Source: an uncultured Nitrospiraceae bacterium (GTDB taxonomy: Bacteria; Nitrospirota; Thermodesulfovibrionia; Thermodesulfovibrionales; Dissulfurispiraceae). Taken from it: DNA of 64,000 nt. This document shows positions 9,553 through 19,653 of this stretch, in pieces. The notes under the pieces are model-generated. The model saw nothing but the letters and a program-made list of their open reading frames with translations, made no database searches and was not told the DNA's origin. Both the position numbers and the translations under genes were made by a program. Numbering within the stretch: position 1 is the stretch's first letter; the number at the start of each line of letters is the position of its first letter. The DNA is taken from contig CAVPIW010000012.1 of the NCBI GenBank assembly GCA_963705105.1, forward strand, positions 362,949 through 426,948. The letters are read 5' to 3'.

Positions 9553-9639
9553 GGAGGGGTGGCCGAGCGGTTTAAGGCGACGGTCTTGAAAATCGTTGTA
9601 GGGGTAACTCTACCGTGGGTTCGAATCCCACCCCCTCCG
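9553..9639 (+). tRNA. tRNA-Ser (anticodon TGA)
   Basis: GGAGGGG/CCCCTCC acceptor stem, anticodon loop CTTGAAA, long variable arm, GGTTCGAATCC T-arm, discriminator G; CCA not encoded. Confidence 0.96.
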
Positions 9640-9714
9640 CTCCTTTCCATCGTGAGGCCATCTATCTTCGTACAATCAGCCTTGCATGAAAAGGCATGTC
9701 AATGCCGGAAGGCT

Positions 9715-11025
9715 TTACCATCGGAGAGTCATTTCGATCCCCCTGTAAGAGCTGCGGCACGAGGTGCCGCTCATCATCATCTCATGTCCCCGCGCTTCGC
9801 CGTCGACAGGCCTGCAGCGCCGCCCGTCCGGCGCCGGGTTCGTGATCCTCACGCTGCTCTGCACACCCAGGAGCCGGTCAGTGACCGTGCTCAGGGCACC
9901 GAGGGGATCGGTCAGCACGAGGGCCAGCCTGTCGTACCATTCCATCTGCGTGCCCTTGGCCTTGATCTTTTCCCGCAGGGGTTCGAATACATACATGCCG
10001 ATCAACGAGCCTGCGACGGGCGTCACGATGAGGTCCTGATAGGAAGGCGGCTCGAAGAGGGCCTCGACGCCGAATTCGAAAAGAGCCGAAAGGAACGCGG
10101 AATAGACGAACGATTCAAGTTTGTCGAACCCCCTTTCCCGGGCCCGTATGTAATACGTGGCGCCCCAGTATGGGTGCACGATATAGTTCAGATACCACTT
10201 GTCTTCGTCCCACACCGGGTTTCTTACGTTGTTGAACCATCGGTCAAAGTCGTATGACTGCTTCTCTTCCTTCGACCATTGCGTGACGCTCTCCGGCAGG
10301 ACGTAGAGGATTCCGACGACGACAAACTGATACCCGAAGAAGTATGCCGTATCTCTGCCGATTCCCGACCAATCCTTCATTGGGACGTCCCCGGGTATCC
10401 GATCCCCGTTGAGCGGATGATCGTGCATCTCGCAGGGCCTGTCGCTCAGGAGATCGGGCGGGATTTCTGTGATCGTGGCAGCCTCGGAGAAGAGCGACCG
10501 GTCATACCTGATTTCACCTGAACCGCGAAGAGAGATCTTCCTTCCGCAGGTATCATGGGCATTCCTTCCCGTGCGCCCCTCATCACCAACTATCTGCCGG
10601 GGAGTCCGCGAGAGCGAACTGCCGTACATGTCGAAGATATCGGAAGTAGATGGCAGGCTCTCTTCCGGGAGAGGTTGACCGCTTTGTCTCTGCACAACGG
10701 ACACGCCTGCCTGAAGGCTGATTTCTTCCGGTTGCTCCTTCGGCACAGTGGCACAGAAAAGGACGGAACCTGCAGGGTCCACAGGAGATGACGACGACTT
10801 CCGCCCTGCGTCCTTCACATCGGCGTTGTTTTCATCTGCGGCACTCCGCCCCTGTGAAGGCAACGTTTCCGTCTCCGCAATCTCTCCATGAGCCACATCC
10901 ATGGCAGCCACCAGCAGTGACCACAGCACAAGCAGTGCTGCAGCGGCTGTCCTGTTAAGAAATAATCGTCGCATTGTCACCTTGTGGCCGCAGCGGCCTG
11001 GGTTGTCAGGCTGACCGTTCTCCAT
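9715..11025 (-). CDS. DUF3943-like membrane/outer-membrane protein
   Basis: WDEDKWYLNYIVHPYWGATYYIRAR...PPSYQDLIVTPVAG; long low-conservation N-terminus, so the start is uncertain. Confidence 0.7.
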   Translation of the reverse strand: MENGQPDNPGRCGHKVTMRRLFLNRTAAAALLVLWSLLVAAMDVAHGEIAETETLPSQGRSAADENNADVKDAGRKSSSSPVDPAGSVLFCATVPKEQPEEISLQAGVSVVQRQSGQPLPEESLPSTSDIFDMYGSSLSRTPRQIVGDEGRTGRNAHDTCGRKISLRGSGEIRYDRSLFSEAATITEIPPDLLSDRPCEMHDHPLNGDRIPGDVPMKDWSGIGRDTAYFFGYQFVVVGILYVLPESVTQWSKEEKQSYDFDRWFNNVRNPVWDEDKWYLNYIVHPYWGATYYIRARERGFDKLESFVYSAFLSALFEFGVEALFEPPSYQDLIVTPVAGSLIGMYVFEPLREKIKAKGTQMEWYDRLALVLTDPLGALSTVTDRLLGVQSSVRITNPAPDGRRCRPVDGEARGHEMMMSGTSCRSSYRGIEMTLRW

Positions 11026-11039
11026 GATCGGATAGTATA

Positions 11040-11244
11040 CCTTATCGTTGCAATGCTCGCCCGGGAAAGGCGGGGCGTATGCGCCGAAAACCTTGCTGCG
11101 GCGACACCTGTATCAAAACGAAGGATGAACTATACGCTAATGGTCGATGACACAAAGAGTGAAATCCTGAAACACGAAGATGACGAGGCGTATCGTCGCC
11201 TTCAGCAAGGCTTTGAGGCGTTTCGCCCCGCCTTTCAATGCAAC
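11040..11244. repeat. Family A element (long-spacer subtype)
   Basis: Inverted termini gaaaggcggggcg / cgccccgcctttc; alignable along its length with the reverse complement of 26320-26524. Confidence 0.88.
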
Positions 11245-11550
11245 TATAGGGTATACTTGATACGACCGTCATGATTCAGACAGGGTTTCGGCTTTACAAG
11301 AACCCGCAGGGCGGAACGGAATAACCGGCTCATCCAAAGGGCATGAATATGCTACAGATCTGTAAGAAGGACAAGACACGGATATGTCGTATAATAAAAT
11401 TATCCTGACCTGTCACTCCTGCGTGCCCGTTCTTTCGTGACAAGGTTCAGTAAATGAGAAGAGGGGCGGGCTGGCAGGTATGCCACGCTCCGAAACGCTG
11501 CGATGCAACGGGAGATGACTTGTGTCAGTCAATGTAAATGGGGGGGTGTC

Positions 11551-12069
11551 ATGCAAGAAGAAAACAACTCCGAAGAATCGGATAAAAGATTAGCGGCCGT
11601 GTGCGGCCTTTACTGCGGGGCCTGCTCCTTTTTCATCGCCACGACTGAGGATCCCGAAAGGCTCACAAGGCTTGCCGAACAATTGAATCTTTCGGAGGAA
11701 GAGTGCAGGTGCTACGGGTGCCGGTCGGACAAGAGGGTGCTTCATTGTCAGACCTGCAGGATCGCCGCCTGCGCAGCCGAACGGGGCGTCGGCTTTTGCA
11801 GCGAATGCGACGAGTATCCCTGCGAAGACCTGAGGGAGTTTCAGTGCGCAAGGCCCCATCGGGTCGAGCTGTGGATGAATCTTGAGCGTATTAGGTCCGC
11901 CGGCTATAAACAATGGATCGACGAAATGAGGGAGAACTATGCCTGCCCCCGGTGCCGGACCATCAACTCCGCGTATGACCTGGTCTGCCGGAAATGCGGC
12001 GGAGATCCCGCCTCCGATTTTATCGCCAGACACAGGCAGGTGATCGAAGAGCATCTGAAGAACAGTTGA
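11551..12069 (+). CDS. DUF3795-like Cys-rich protein
   Basis: AVCGLYCGAC, CYGC, CRIAAC, CSECDEYPC and C-terminal CPRC/CRKC. Confidence 0.8.
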   Translation: MQEENNSEESDKRLAAVCGLYCGACSFFIATTEDPERLTRLAEQLNLSEEECRCYGCRSDKRVLHCQTCRIAACAAERGVGFCSECDEYPCEDLREFQCARPHRVELWMNLERIRSAGYKQWIDEMRENYACPRCRTINSAYDLVCRKCGGDPASDFIARHRQVIEEHLKNS

Positions 12070-12085
12070 TGCATAGCACGGGCCC

Positions 12086-13117
12086 GTGAAGAAAACGATT
12101 CCAAAGCCGCTCTCAGGCGGTCTCATCCTCTCCTACAAATGCACGTCGTCCTGCAGGCACTGCATCTACGGGTGCTCTCCGCGCTGGAACGCCGACTGGA
12201 TGTCGCAGGAGGACCTGGAACTCATCCTTTCACAGCTTGCCGGCAAGATCCTCTCTGCTCCTCACGGTCCCAGGACGATCACCTTCAACCACGGTCTCCA
12301 TTTCACGGGCGGCGAGCCTTTCCTGAATTTCGATCTCCTGTGCAGGGCCGCTGAAATCGCCGGCAAGCTGAAGATCCCCTCCACCTTTGTCGAGACGAAC
12401 GGGTTCTGGGCCGTCGATGACAGGACGGCGAAGGATAAGCTGAAGCTCCTCAAGAGCAAGGGACTCCGGGGCATCATGATATCCGTGAATCCCTACTATC
12501 TCGAGTCCGTTCCCTTCGAGCGGACGGAGCGCGCCGTGAAAGCCGGCATCGACGTTTTCGGGGGGAATGTGCTCGTGTACCAGCTCGAATACTTCAGGCG
12601 GTTCAGAGACCTGGGCATTTCAGGCATTATGCCTTTTGAAAAATACCTGGATCTTGAGGGCAGGGACAGCCTCGCCCGGAATGTGGAACTGCTCCTCATG
12701 GGAAGGGCGCCCTATGCGCTGCGGTCCGTGATGGAGGGTCTCTATCCCGCCCGGGAGGCGGCCAGTTATCTTGATGAACCATGCGCATCGGCCTTCGTGC
12801 GGGGACTGCACAATCATTTCGACAATTACGGCAATTACATACCGGGATTCTGCGGCGGCATATCATTCGGCGATTGCCGGAGGCTCGATGTCCTGCTGCG
12901 CGACGGGGTGGACACGGAGCAATTTCCGGTGCTCGCGTTCCTGATGGACAATGATTTCAGGGGTCTCCATGCCTTCGCCCGGGAGCGGGGATTCCGGGAG
13001 CGGCCGGATGGTTATATTTCGAAATGTCACCTCTGCACCGATATGCGGAGGCATCTTGCCCTGAACGGCGATTTCGCGGAGCTTGCGCCGAAGGAGTTTT
13101 ACCGGCACCTGGAATGA
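12086..13117 (+). CDS. Radical SAM protein, function unknown
   Basis: CTSSCRHC, FTGGEPF, VETNG; C-terminal FCGG...KCHLC. Confidence 0.88.
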   Translation: MKKTIPKPLSGGLILSYKCTSSCRHCIYGCSPRWNADWMSQEDLELILSQLAGKILSAPHGPRTITFNHGLHFTGGEPFLNFDLLCRAAEIAGKLKIPSTFVETNGFWAVDDRTAKDKLKLLKSKGLRGIMISVNPYYLESVPFERTERAVKAGIDVFGGNVLVYQLEYFRRFRDLGISGIMPFEKYLDLEGRDSLARNVELLLMGRAPYALRSVMEGLYPAREAASYLDEPCASAFVRGLHNHFDNYGNYIPGFCGGISFGDCRRLDVLLRDGVDTEQFPVLAFLMDNDFRGLHAFARERGFRERPDGYISKCHLCTDMRRHLALNGDFAELAPKEFYRHLE

Positions 13118-13146
13118 ATGAAAATCCTTGGAGTGACTCCCGGATT

Positions 13147-13230
13147 ATGATGGACATCGCGACAAAGATGGTCTGTGATCCGGCCGGTCTTCAGGATGGC
13201 TTTCGTGTTCTCGTCGACCGGGTATGCCCA
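13147..13230 (+). pseudogene. Truncated DUF488 (YeaO-like) remnant
   Basis: MDIATKMVCDPAGLQDGFRVLVDRVCP resembles the DUF488 start (IKRVY...DGxRVLVDRLWP), then runs into repeat DNA. Confidence 0.5.
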
Positions 13231-13334
13231 CTGACTTGGGAAGGCAGATATCAGCACTCAGGCTTTTCGGCATCTTCGCCCCGCCTTTCCGGATGGCGTA
13301 TGCTACGATAAGGTTCACTCTTGCAGTGTCTGTG

Positions 13335-14489
13335 TCACTGAGAGGAGATTCGGGGCATCCATTCCCTCATGCGCCAGGAAATGAACTTCGCGTAATGACG
13401 CGGCAGCATGCGGCTCCGATTGTCACCGTAGAGGTCCTTGAGCTCTCCCGGCGAGGGAAAGAGAGCCGTCACGAAGGACAGCAGCATCTTCTTCCGTATG
13501 TCGAGGGCGAGTCGGGCCATGAACTTGTCTCTCCGGTCCTGGAACACATGGTCTTTCTCCGCGATGGAGCGAAAGTAACGGTTCAGCATGACAGGTTTCC
13601 CGTGCCCGGATTTTCCGACGGCTTCCCTGAAATTCCGCAGGGCCGTCTCACTTTCCGCGCGCTCCTTGCATAGCATCTTCATCTGACCCAGGGTGATCAT
13701 CGCCGTTTTCAGCAGTCCTATGTGCGTCAGCCTTTGCGCGAAGGCGCCCCAGTCGATCGAGTCACCGTATTTGTGCAATGCCCAGATGATATCCGTCAGT
13801 ATCCTGAGCTCCCTGAAGGAGTGCATATGATGATGCATCAGCAGGTGAATGACCGTCATGGCCGGTGACAGCCTGAACTGCATCCTGTCGATGCGGACCG
13901 CATCGGCCCAGATATCCTCGGATGAAAGCCTGAAGAATGACGGGATGCCGAAATTCCAGTGCACTTCGATGAGGTCGTCCGTTGCCGGGCGGTGATAGAC
14001 GGCGTGGTGGATGCGCTTTGCCCAGAAGGTCAGGGGTAGCCGATCAAGCCTTCTGTATCCGTTCCCCGAGAGGACCGCATCGGCGCGCAACATATCGTCC
14101 TGCCTGATCAGCAGGTCGATGTCGGCGGAGGTCCGGCAGAAAGGGTCACCGTACAAATCGCAGGCAATGGTCGATCCCCTCAGCAGGACGGAAGGGATGC
14201 CCTCTCCGGACAGCAGATCGATCGTGCAGCTTTCGGCGACTTCCCTCCTCGTCGTGCGTGCGACGTTCCCGTAATAAGCCGCCTTCATTTCATCCAGGAA
14301 GTCATCGACGGCGTCCCGGGGTTTGATGCGGTCTCTGTTCCTGCTTACCTGCGCGTAGAGGAGCATGAGAAGATTGTGCCGGCGGGCCTCACGCGCCATG
14401 TCCGACAGTCCCGCGGGCGTGACGGACACCGGCTGTCCGGCCCCGAAGGGCAGGACAAGGGTCATGAGAGATTCCATTCCCTGAGTCAC
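13335..14489 (-). CDS. Nucleotidyltransferase family protein (NTP_transf_5-like)
   Basis: VLLRG...LYGDPFCRTSADIDLLI, IEVHW, LMHHHMH, LTDI; GTG start overlaps the upstream stop (GTGA). Confidence 0.82.
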   Translation of the reverse strand: MTQGMESLMTLVLPFGAGQPVSVTPAGLSDMAREARRHNLLMLLYAQVSRNRDRIKPRDAVDDFLDEMKAAYYGNVARTTRREVAESCTIDLLSGEGIPSVLLRGSTIACDLYGDPFCRTSADIDLLIRQDDMLRADAVLSGNGYRRLDRLPLTFWAKRIHHAVYHRPATDDLIEVHWNFGIPSFFRLSSEDIWADAVRIDRMQFRLSPAMTVIHLLMHHHMHSFRELRILTDIIWALHKYGDSIDWGAFAQRLTHIGLLKTAMITLGQMKMLCKERAESETALRNFREAVGKSGHGKPVMLNRYFRSIAEKDHVFQDRRDKFMARLALDIRKKMLLSFVTALFPSPGELKDLYGDNRSRMLPRHYAKFISWRMREWMPRISSQ

Positions 14490-15724
14490 CGTGAAAAGGC
14501 CCTCCCTCTTACCGACAACCGCTCCTGTCTTCTTGACATCGCACAATCATAAATGCGCATCAGGGCATCGTGGTTCACATCGCCGGCGCATGCCTTCCCG
14601 AATGCCATTCTCGCCGCATCGGCCATTTGTTCGAGCTTCTCTCTGTCACCCCACAAGTCCTTCACTGCACGAAGGAGGTCGCCGGAGCTTCCGGGATTGA
14701 AGAGAACGCCTGTATTCCCGTCGGCGACGATGCAGGGCAACGAGCCGATGCGCGATGCGGCGACGGGCACGGCGAGGGAGAAGGCCTCCCTGATCACGAG
14801 GGGGAAGCCCTCATAGGACAGGGACGGGAGCGCCAGCAAGCGGGCGAGGGCCAGGCGGGCCTGAACCTCCGCGAAAGGGAGCGGCCCTGCAAATGTGATC
14901 TTGTCCTTCAGGGCCTGCCGGACAACCCTTGTTTCAAGGGCCTGTCTTTCCGGTCCCTCTCCGATGATCTCCAGGAAAGGAGCGTTTTCCCCCCATTTCA
15001 TCCATGCATCGAGAAGCAGGTGCACCCCCTTCTCGGGGCCGATGCGGCCTATGAAAACGACCTTATTCTCCCTTTGGCTCCACGGCACCGGGGACGGCGG
15101 GCAGGGATGACAGGGGCTTTTGACATGCACGAGGTCACCGGGAAGGCCCGCATCGATAACCTTGCGGCGCTGAAAATCGGTAAGGGCAACAAAGGCATCG
15201 ACCTTGTCCGTCCATGTTCCCGTCATCCGGTGAAGGGCGATCTTTGCCGCCAGCGGGGCCGTCGCAAGCCTGCTGCCCCGGTAACAGCCGTATGTCAGGG
15301 CCGGCAGGACCGTGTCCTTGTCGAGGCATTCGCTGCAGGCGAGGCCGCTCCGCATGGGTATCGCCGCGGCACAAAAGATCCGGTAATTGTGCAGGGTCAT
15401 CACCGTGGCGGTGGGGAAATTTCGCATCGCGTAGAAGGCCGCCGGTGATATGAGGGGAAAGGTGTTGTGCACATGCATGACGTCCGGCCGTTCCCTTTCG
15501 ATCGTTCTTCGCAGCTCCCGCATGGCAAAGGGGTTCCAGGGCGTGCTCAACGCTCCGAGAACCGTGCCCGAGGGGCCGAGATTTCTTATGTCGTCGCTGT
15601 GCCGCGTGAATTCGACGACGGCATGTCCGTGCCGCCTCAGGAGGTTTGCCTCGTCCAGAAATGCCCTGTTTTCACCGCTCGGCGACGATGAACCATAGAA
15701 GTTGTGGACGAGGAGGACCTTCAT
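14486..15724 (-). CDS. Glycosyltransferase family 4
   Basis: MKVLLVHNFY, HVHNTFP, GRIGPEKG, EGFPLVIRE. Confidence 0.9.
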   Translation of the reverse strand: MKVLLVHNFYGSSSPSGENRAFLDEANLLRRHGHAVVEFTRHSDDIRNLGPSGTVLGALSTPWNPFAMRELRRTIERERPDVMHVHNTFPLISPAAFYAMRNFPTATVMTLHNYRIFCAAAIPMRSGLACSECLDKDTVLPALTYGCYRGSRLATAPLAAKIALHRMTGTWTDKVDAFVALTDFQRRKVIDAGLPGDLVHVKSPCHPCPPSPVPWSQRENKVVFIGRIGPEKGVHLLLDAWMKWGENAPFLEIIGEGPERQALETRVVRQALKDKITFAGPLPFAEVQARLALARLLALPSLSYEGFPLVIREAFSLAVPVAASRIGSLPCIVADGNTGVLFNPGSSGDLLRAVKDLWGDREKLEQMADAARMAFGKACAGDVNHDALMRIYDCAMSRRQERLSVRGRAFSR

Positions 15725-15753
15725 GTCGGGATTCCTCTGCGTACACCATAACC

Positions 15754-16150
15754 TTGCTGTGAAAGGCGGGGAGAAGCGCTCTGACAAACAGTGTCAGTGT
15801 GAGTGTCAGTGTCAGCAAACCCAACAGGTGCACGAAAAGGCGGGGCAAAACGCCTCAAAGCCTCGCTGATTACGAGATTGATCATTCTAAGTTCGTTTTT
15901 CAGGATTCCATCCTTTGTGACATCGATCGTTTGCCTGAAATAGTCTGCATGGGAAGGCAAAGGTTTCGCAGCACCGATGCTTTTCGGCGCATTCGCCCCG
16001 CATTTTCTTGAGGGAGTATGCAACAATAACGTAAAAAGGCTCACTTTTTCGATCGTTTGCTTGAAACGTTGACTTCTGTCACGGTTACGGTGTCGCCGCA
16101 GCAAGGTTTTCGGCGCATACGCCCCGCCTTTCAGTCGGGTATATACAACA
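15754..16150. repeat. Composite of family A elements (half + full + half) with AGTGTC/G hexamers
   Basis: Repeated aaaggcgggg and cgccccgc(c/a)tttc termini; central copy similar to 53216-53418. Confidence 0.8.
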
Positions 16151-16157
16151 GGTCGAT

Positions 16158-17399
16158 TCATGTGACGACAACGTGCCCTTTCCAGAATCGTGTAAAGACG
16201 TTGGACATGAAGCCCCCGGGAGGACGCCGGGGTATTCCTGTCGCTTCGATGACCGCCCGGGAGAATCTATCCAGGGGCCATTCGGCCACAATCGCCTGTG
16301 AGTGATCTCCCATGGCATACAGCATGTCCGGTGTCAGGCTGCTCATGCGGAGCATCAAGCGGGCAAGGGCGGCTCTGTCACCCCGGTCAAAGGTCCACCC
16401 GTTGACTCCCTCGCACACAAGTGACGTCGCAGCGCCGCATCCCCTGCTCACGATGACCGGCAGGCCCGATGCCATCCCCTCGTTGACGACGAGTCCCCAC
16501 GGGTCGGACCGGCTCGGCACGACGAGAGCGCCCGCAAGGGCGTAATGAATGCACAGGCTGTCACCGTATCTCGGGCCTGCAAGATGAACCGCCTCCATGC
16601 GGGCGGCACGGCTGCCGATGACTTTTCTTTCAGGACCGTCTCCGACAAGGACCATGTCCCAGGGATCGTCAGCCATTATTCTATACCTGTCGTAGGCGTC
16701 AAGGAGATCGCCGACCCCCTTTCTTTGGAGAAACCTCCCCACAAAAAGAAAATACCTGTCCGGCAGGGAAAGGGTTCTTCTCCATTCCCTTTCCCTGAGA
16801 CGCGCCGCATCGGCGGCATGTGCGTAATAGTCATTATCGACGACATCGACCCCGCAGACGAGACGGTCTTCGGGAAAACCCATCATCCTGAAATAGTCCA
16901 TGTGAAAAGGGGCGGGGATAAATGCCCCATCGATGTTCCTGTGGATCCGGCGCTTGATGAACCCTGTCAGTGCACCGCCACGGTCCGTCTGTTTCCATGC
17001 GTCGTCCATCATGATCACCCGGGCGGTGCTCCGGCAGCGGTAAGAGACGGCAGCCATCCCTTCCGGGAAGGGAGTGGCCGGGGCGAAGATGACATCCGGT
17101 TTGATTTCCCCCAGAACGGTCTCAACGGCCCGGAATATCCGGCCGCTTGTATGATTGTGATAGGATGACCGGGGAAAACAGCACACATGAACAAAGTCCC
17201 TCTCCTTTTTGGCTGAGGCGGGAAACGGGTAGGCATTGTCCGATGACGCCACTTCAACGCCTGTCAGGCGACTGCCTGCAGCTGCCAGCCCCCGCGCAAG
17301 ATGGGACAGCCTTGCCGCGTGGTACGGCAGGAATCGCTGCCAGACGACGGCAACATGCAGACCTGCTTCGCCGGTATCGCTTACAGTTGACGTTACCAC
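16158..17399 (-). CDS. Glycosyltransferase family 4
   Basis: FVGRFLQRKG, DPWGLVVNEGMASG; GTG start overlaps the upstream gene end. Confidence 0.88.
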   Translation of the reverse strand: MVTSTVSDTGEAGLHVAVVWQRFLPYHAARLSHLARGLAAAGSRLTGVEVASSDNAYPFPASAKKERDFVHVCCFPRSSYHNHTSGRIFRAVETVLGEIKPDVIFAPATPFPEGMAAVSYRCRSTARVIMMDDAWKQTDRGGALTGFIKRRIHRNIDGAFIPAPFHMDYFRMMGFPEDRLVCGVDVVDNDYYAHAADAARLREREWRRTLSLPDRYFLFVGRFLQRKGVGDLLDAYDRYRIMADDPWDMVLVGDGPERKVIGSRAARMEAVHLAGPRYGDSLCIHYALAGALVVPSRSDPWGLVVNEGMASGLPVIVSRGCGAATSLVCEGVNGWTFDRGDRAALARLMLRMSSLTPDMLYAMGDHSQAIVAEWPLDRFSRAVIEATGIPRRPPGGFMSNVFTRFWKGHVVVT

Positions 17400-18595
17400 T
17401 TTAACCTCGCCCAGAGGGCCCTGCGCGCCGAAGGCGCCTGTGTCGAGTTCGTCGCGTAGGCGAGCCCGATGATGGTGAATTGCAGGTTCCCGAAATAGGC
17501 TGCATAGAGAATGATGTTGTCGGTGGACATGAAAAGGCAGAAAGCGAGAAAAGAGGATGCGCCGGCATAAAACAGGATGCGTGTCACGCCTGCCGTCTTC
17601 ATCCCCGTTCTCAATAGATGGACCATCTGCCAGAGCATGCAAAAAGAGAAGATGACCGTTCCGACGTAACCGTAGTCGTAAAGCAGCCGCAGCCAGTCGT
17701 TATGGGGATGAGTCATCGCCCCCGTCAGCTTCAGGACGAAGGGCTCCGACGCATTGGCGCCGTGGCCGAACCAGGGCCGTGAGTCGATCTGCCCCTGCAT
17801 GTGGTCCCATATGTATCGCCTGCCGCTTGTCGCCAGGTTCGGATTGTCCCATCTGATGTCCTGGAAAGAGCCGCTCCCCGAGTAAAAGGTCTTCTGCTGG
17901 ACACGTTCGGTCAAGAAGAAGCTGTAGCCTGCGATCACGATCATCGCAGCCAGCACGAGTCTTTTCATAAGTTTCATGGGCGCAAAGGTGAGCGGCAGGG
18001 AAAGTCCCGCGGCGAATATACCCATTCTCGTCAAAGCGACAACGGGAATCATGGCAAGCGCCGCCCACCAATAAAGGTCGGGCTTCGATCCGAACATATA
18101 GTTAGTGGCAAAAATGGTGCAGAGCAGTGCGCCGGTCATCACTTCCGGGGCAAGCCCGGATGTCTTCGGCAGCGTGCCCGTCAGGTGCATCCCGGTCTTG
18201 AAGACCGTGCTGACACACAAGACAACGGCCAGCCAGCAGCATGCCTTCCGGAACGCCGCCAAGTCGCCGGCCGTGTATTTTCCTGCTGAGACGGCGATGC
18301 CGATGAGCAGGGGACAGAGGATCATGATGCTTCTCTGGGCGGCGTTCTCCGCATCGGCGAAGGACAGGTAGATCAGAACGACCGTTATCCAGGGTATCCA
18401 GATATGGACGGGGAAGGTTATGCGTTCGCGCTTTACCAGGTAGTATACGAGCGCAGCAGCCAGCGGGACGGCCCAGGCATACCCGGATATGCTGTAACCC
18501 AGGAATGAGGAGCCTCCGATACACGCTATCATCGTTGATACGACGATAACCCAGAGGAGAGGGGGCTCACTCGTTTTCAACAAGTTCCGTATCAT
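17393..18595 (-). CDS. O-antigen ligase / Wzy-like polymerase
   Basis: Many hydrophobic helices; TSGR..IW, PWFGHG, HPHNDWL motif. Confidence 0.82.
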   Translation of the reverse strand: MIRNLLKTSEPPLLWVIVVSTMIACIGGSSFLGYSISGYAWAVPLAAALVYYLVKRERITFPVHIWIPWITVVLIYLSFADAENAAQRSIMILCPLLIGIAVSAGKYTAGDLAAFRKACCWLAVVLCVSTVFKTGMHLTGTLPKTSGLAPEVMTGALLCTIFATNYMFGSKPDLYWWAALAMIPVVALTRMGIFAAGLSLPLTFAPMKLMKRLVLAAMIVIAGYSFFLTERVQQKTFYSGSGSFQDIRWDNPNLATSGRRYIWDHMQGQIDSRPWFGHGANASEPFVLKLTGAMTHPHNDWLRLLYDYGYVGTVIFSFCMLWQMVHLLRTGMKTAGVTRILFYAGASSFLAFCLFMSTDNIILYAAYFGNLQFTIIGLAYATNSTQAPSARRALWARLKW

Positions 18596-19602
18596 GATGC
18601 AGACCGCCCGTCAAAGGAAACGCACCGGATGGACTCTCTCTTGGCGTGCAGTGTCGTGAGGAATCTTGCAGAAAGCCCCAGGGGCATCATCGCGAGAATA
18701 AGGAGAAGACATAATTTCAGGCTCCGTCTGGCTCGCATCGCCTCTCTGACTTCACTGACAGCGTTCACGCGTTCACCGAGATGAATGAAGATGACGGCCC
18801 TCATCCTGTGCCAGAGGGCGACATAATCGCTCAGGCCTTTCATTCTTCTCGAAGGATGCTCCTCCGACAAGCGCTTGAGCTCATAGCCCACCCTGTCAGG
18901 CATTTGGGGAACCCTGCCGGGCCGGTCGGACATCTTCAGAGGAGCCCAGAAGGATGATTTTGGAACAGTACAATAGGCGATGTCATGCTGTGAAGCCAGT
19001 CTCGCCCACGTAAGCAGGTCCTCTCCCGAGGAGATACCCTCCGGGAACCCCCCCACCGCGGTCATCGCCTCCTTGGTAACCGCTATAGCCGATGATAACA
19101 GAGGCGGATCCGAATACGCCGCAATAAGGAAATAATCGGTGAGGATGCCGGAGGTGAGCGCCTTGGGTATCTTGTTCAGAACCGCCCTCCGCATGTGACC
19201 GGGGCGACGGATGAAATATGACGTCCCGTAGACGCCACAGTGCGGATACTCGCGCCTGAGGCTGAGAATGGTTTCGAGAAAATCGTTCTCCCATTCGTCA
19301 TCTGCATCGAGGAAAGCAATTACGTCACCCTGTGCCTCGCTGACTCCCCGGTTTCTCGCTGAAGACACCCCGGAATTGGGCTGATCCAAAATCTTTATCC
19401 GCCGGTCCTTGAACGACCTCACCGCATCAGGTCCCCTGTCCGTCGAGCCGTCATTTACGATACTCAACTCAAAATCCGTGACGGTCTGTGAAAGCACTGA
19501 TTCCAGCGCCCGCCCGACCGTCTCTTCCTTGTTGTAGAGCGGCATGACAATGGAGACCGCCACCTCACTGGGGGAGCACTCCGGGCAGTTATATATGGTC
19601 AT
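18592..19602 (-). CDS. Glycosyltransferase family 2
   Basis: SIVMPLYNK, VNDGSTD, SARNRG, FLDADD, GED. Confidence 0.92.
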   Translation of the reverse strand: MTIYNCPECSPSEVAVSIVMPLYNKEETVGRALESVLSQTVTDFELSIVNDGSTDRGPDAVRSFKDRRIKILDQPNSGVSSARNRGVSEAQGDVIAFLDADDEWENDFLETILSLRREYPHCGVYGTSYFIRRPGHMRRAVLNKIPKALTSGILTDYFLIAAYSDPPLLSSAIAVTKEAMTAVGGFPEGISSGEDLLTWARLASQHDIAYCTVPKSSFWAPLKMSDRPGRVPQMPDRVGYELKRLSEEHPSRRMKGLSDYVALWHRMRAVIFIHLGERVNAVSEVREAMRARRSLKLCLLLILAMMPLGLSARFLTTLHAKRESIRCVSFDGRSAS

Positions 19603-19653
19603 GACACGTTCACCATATCCCGAAACCAGATCCGGGCGGAAAGCTCCGGGCGT

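Noticed and set aside
9553..9720. tRNA-Ser as attachment site of a genomic island
   Set aside because: No integrase and no duplicated tRNA 3' end found by eye in the window.
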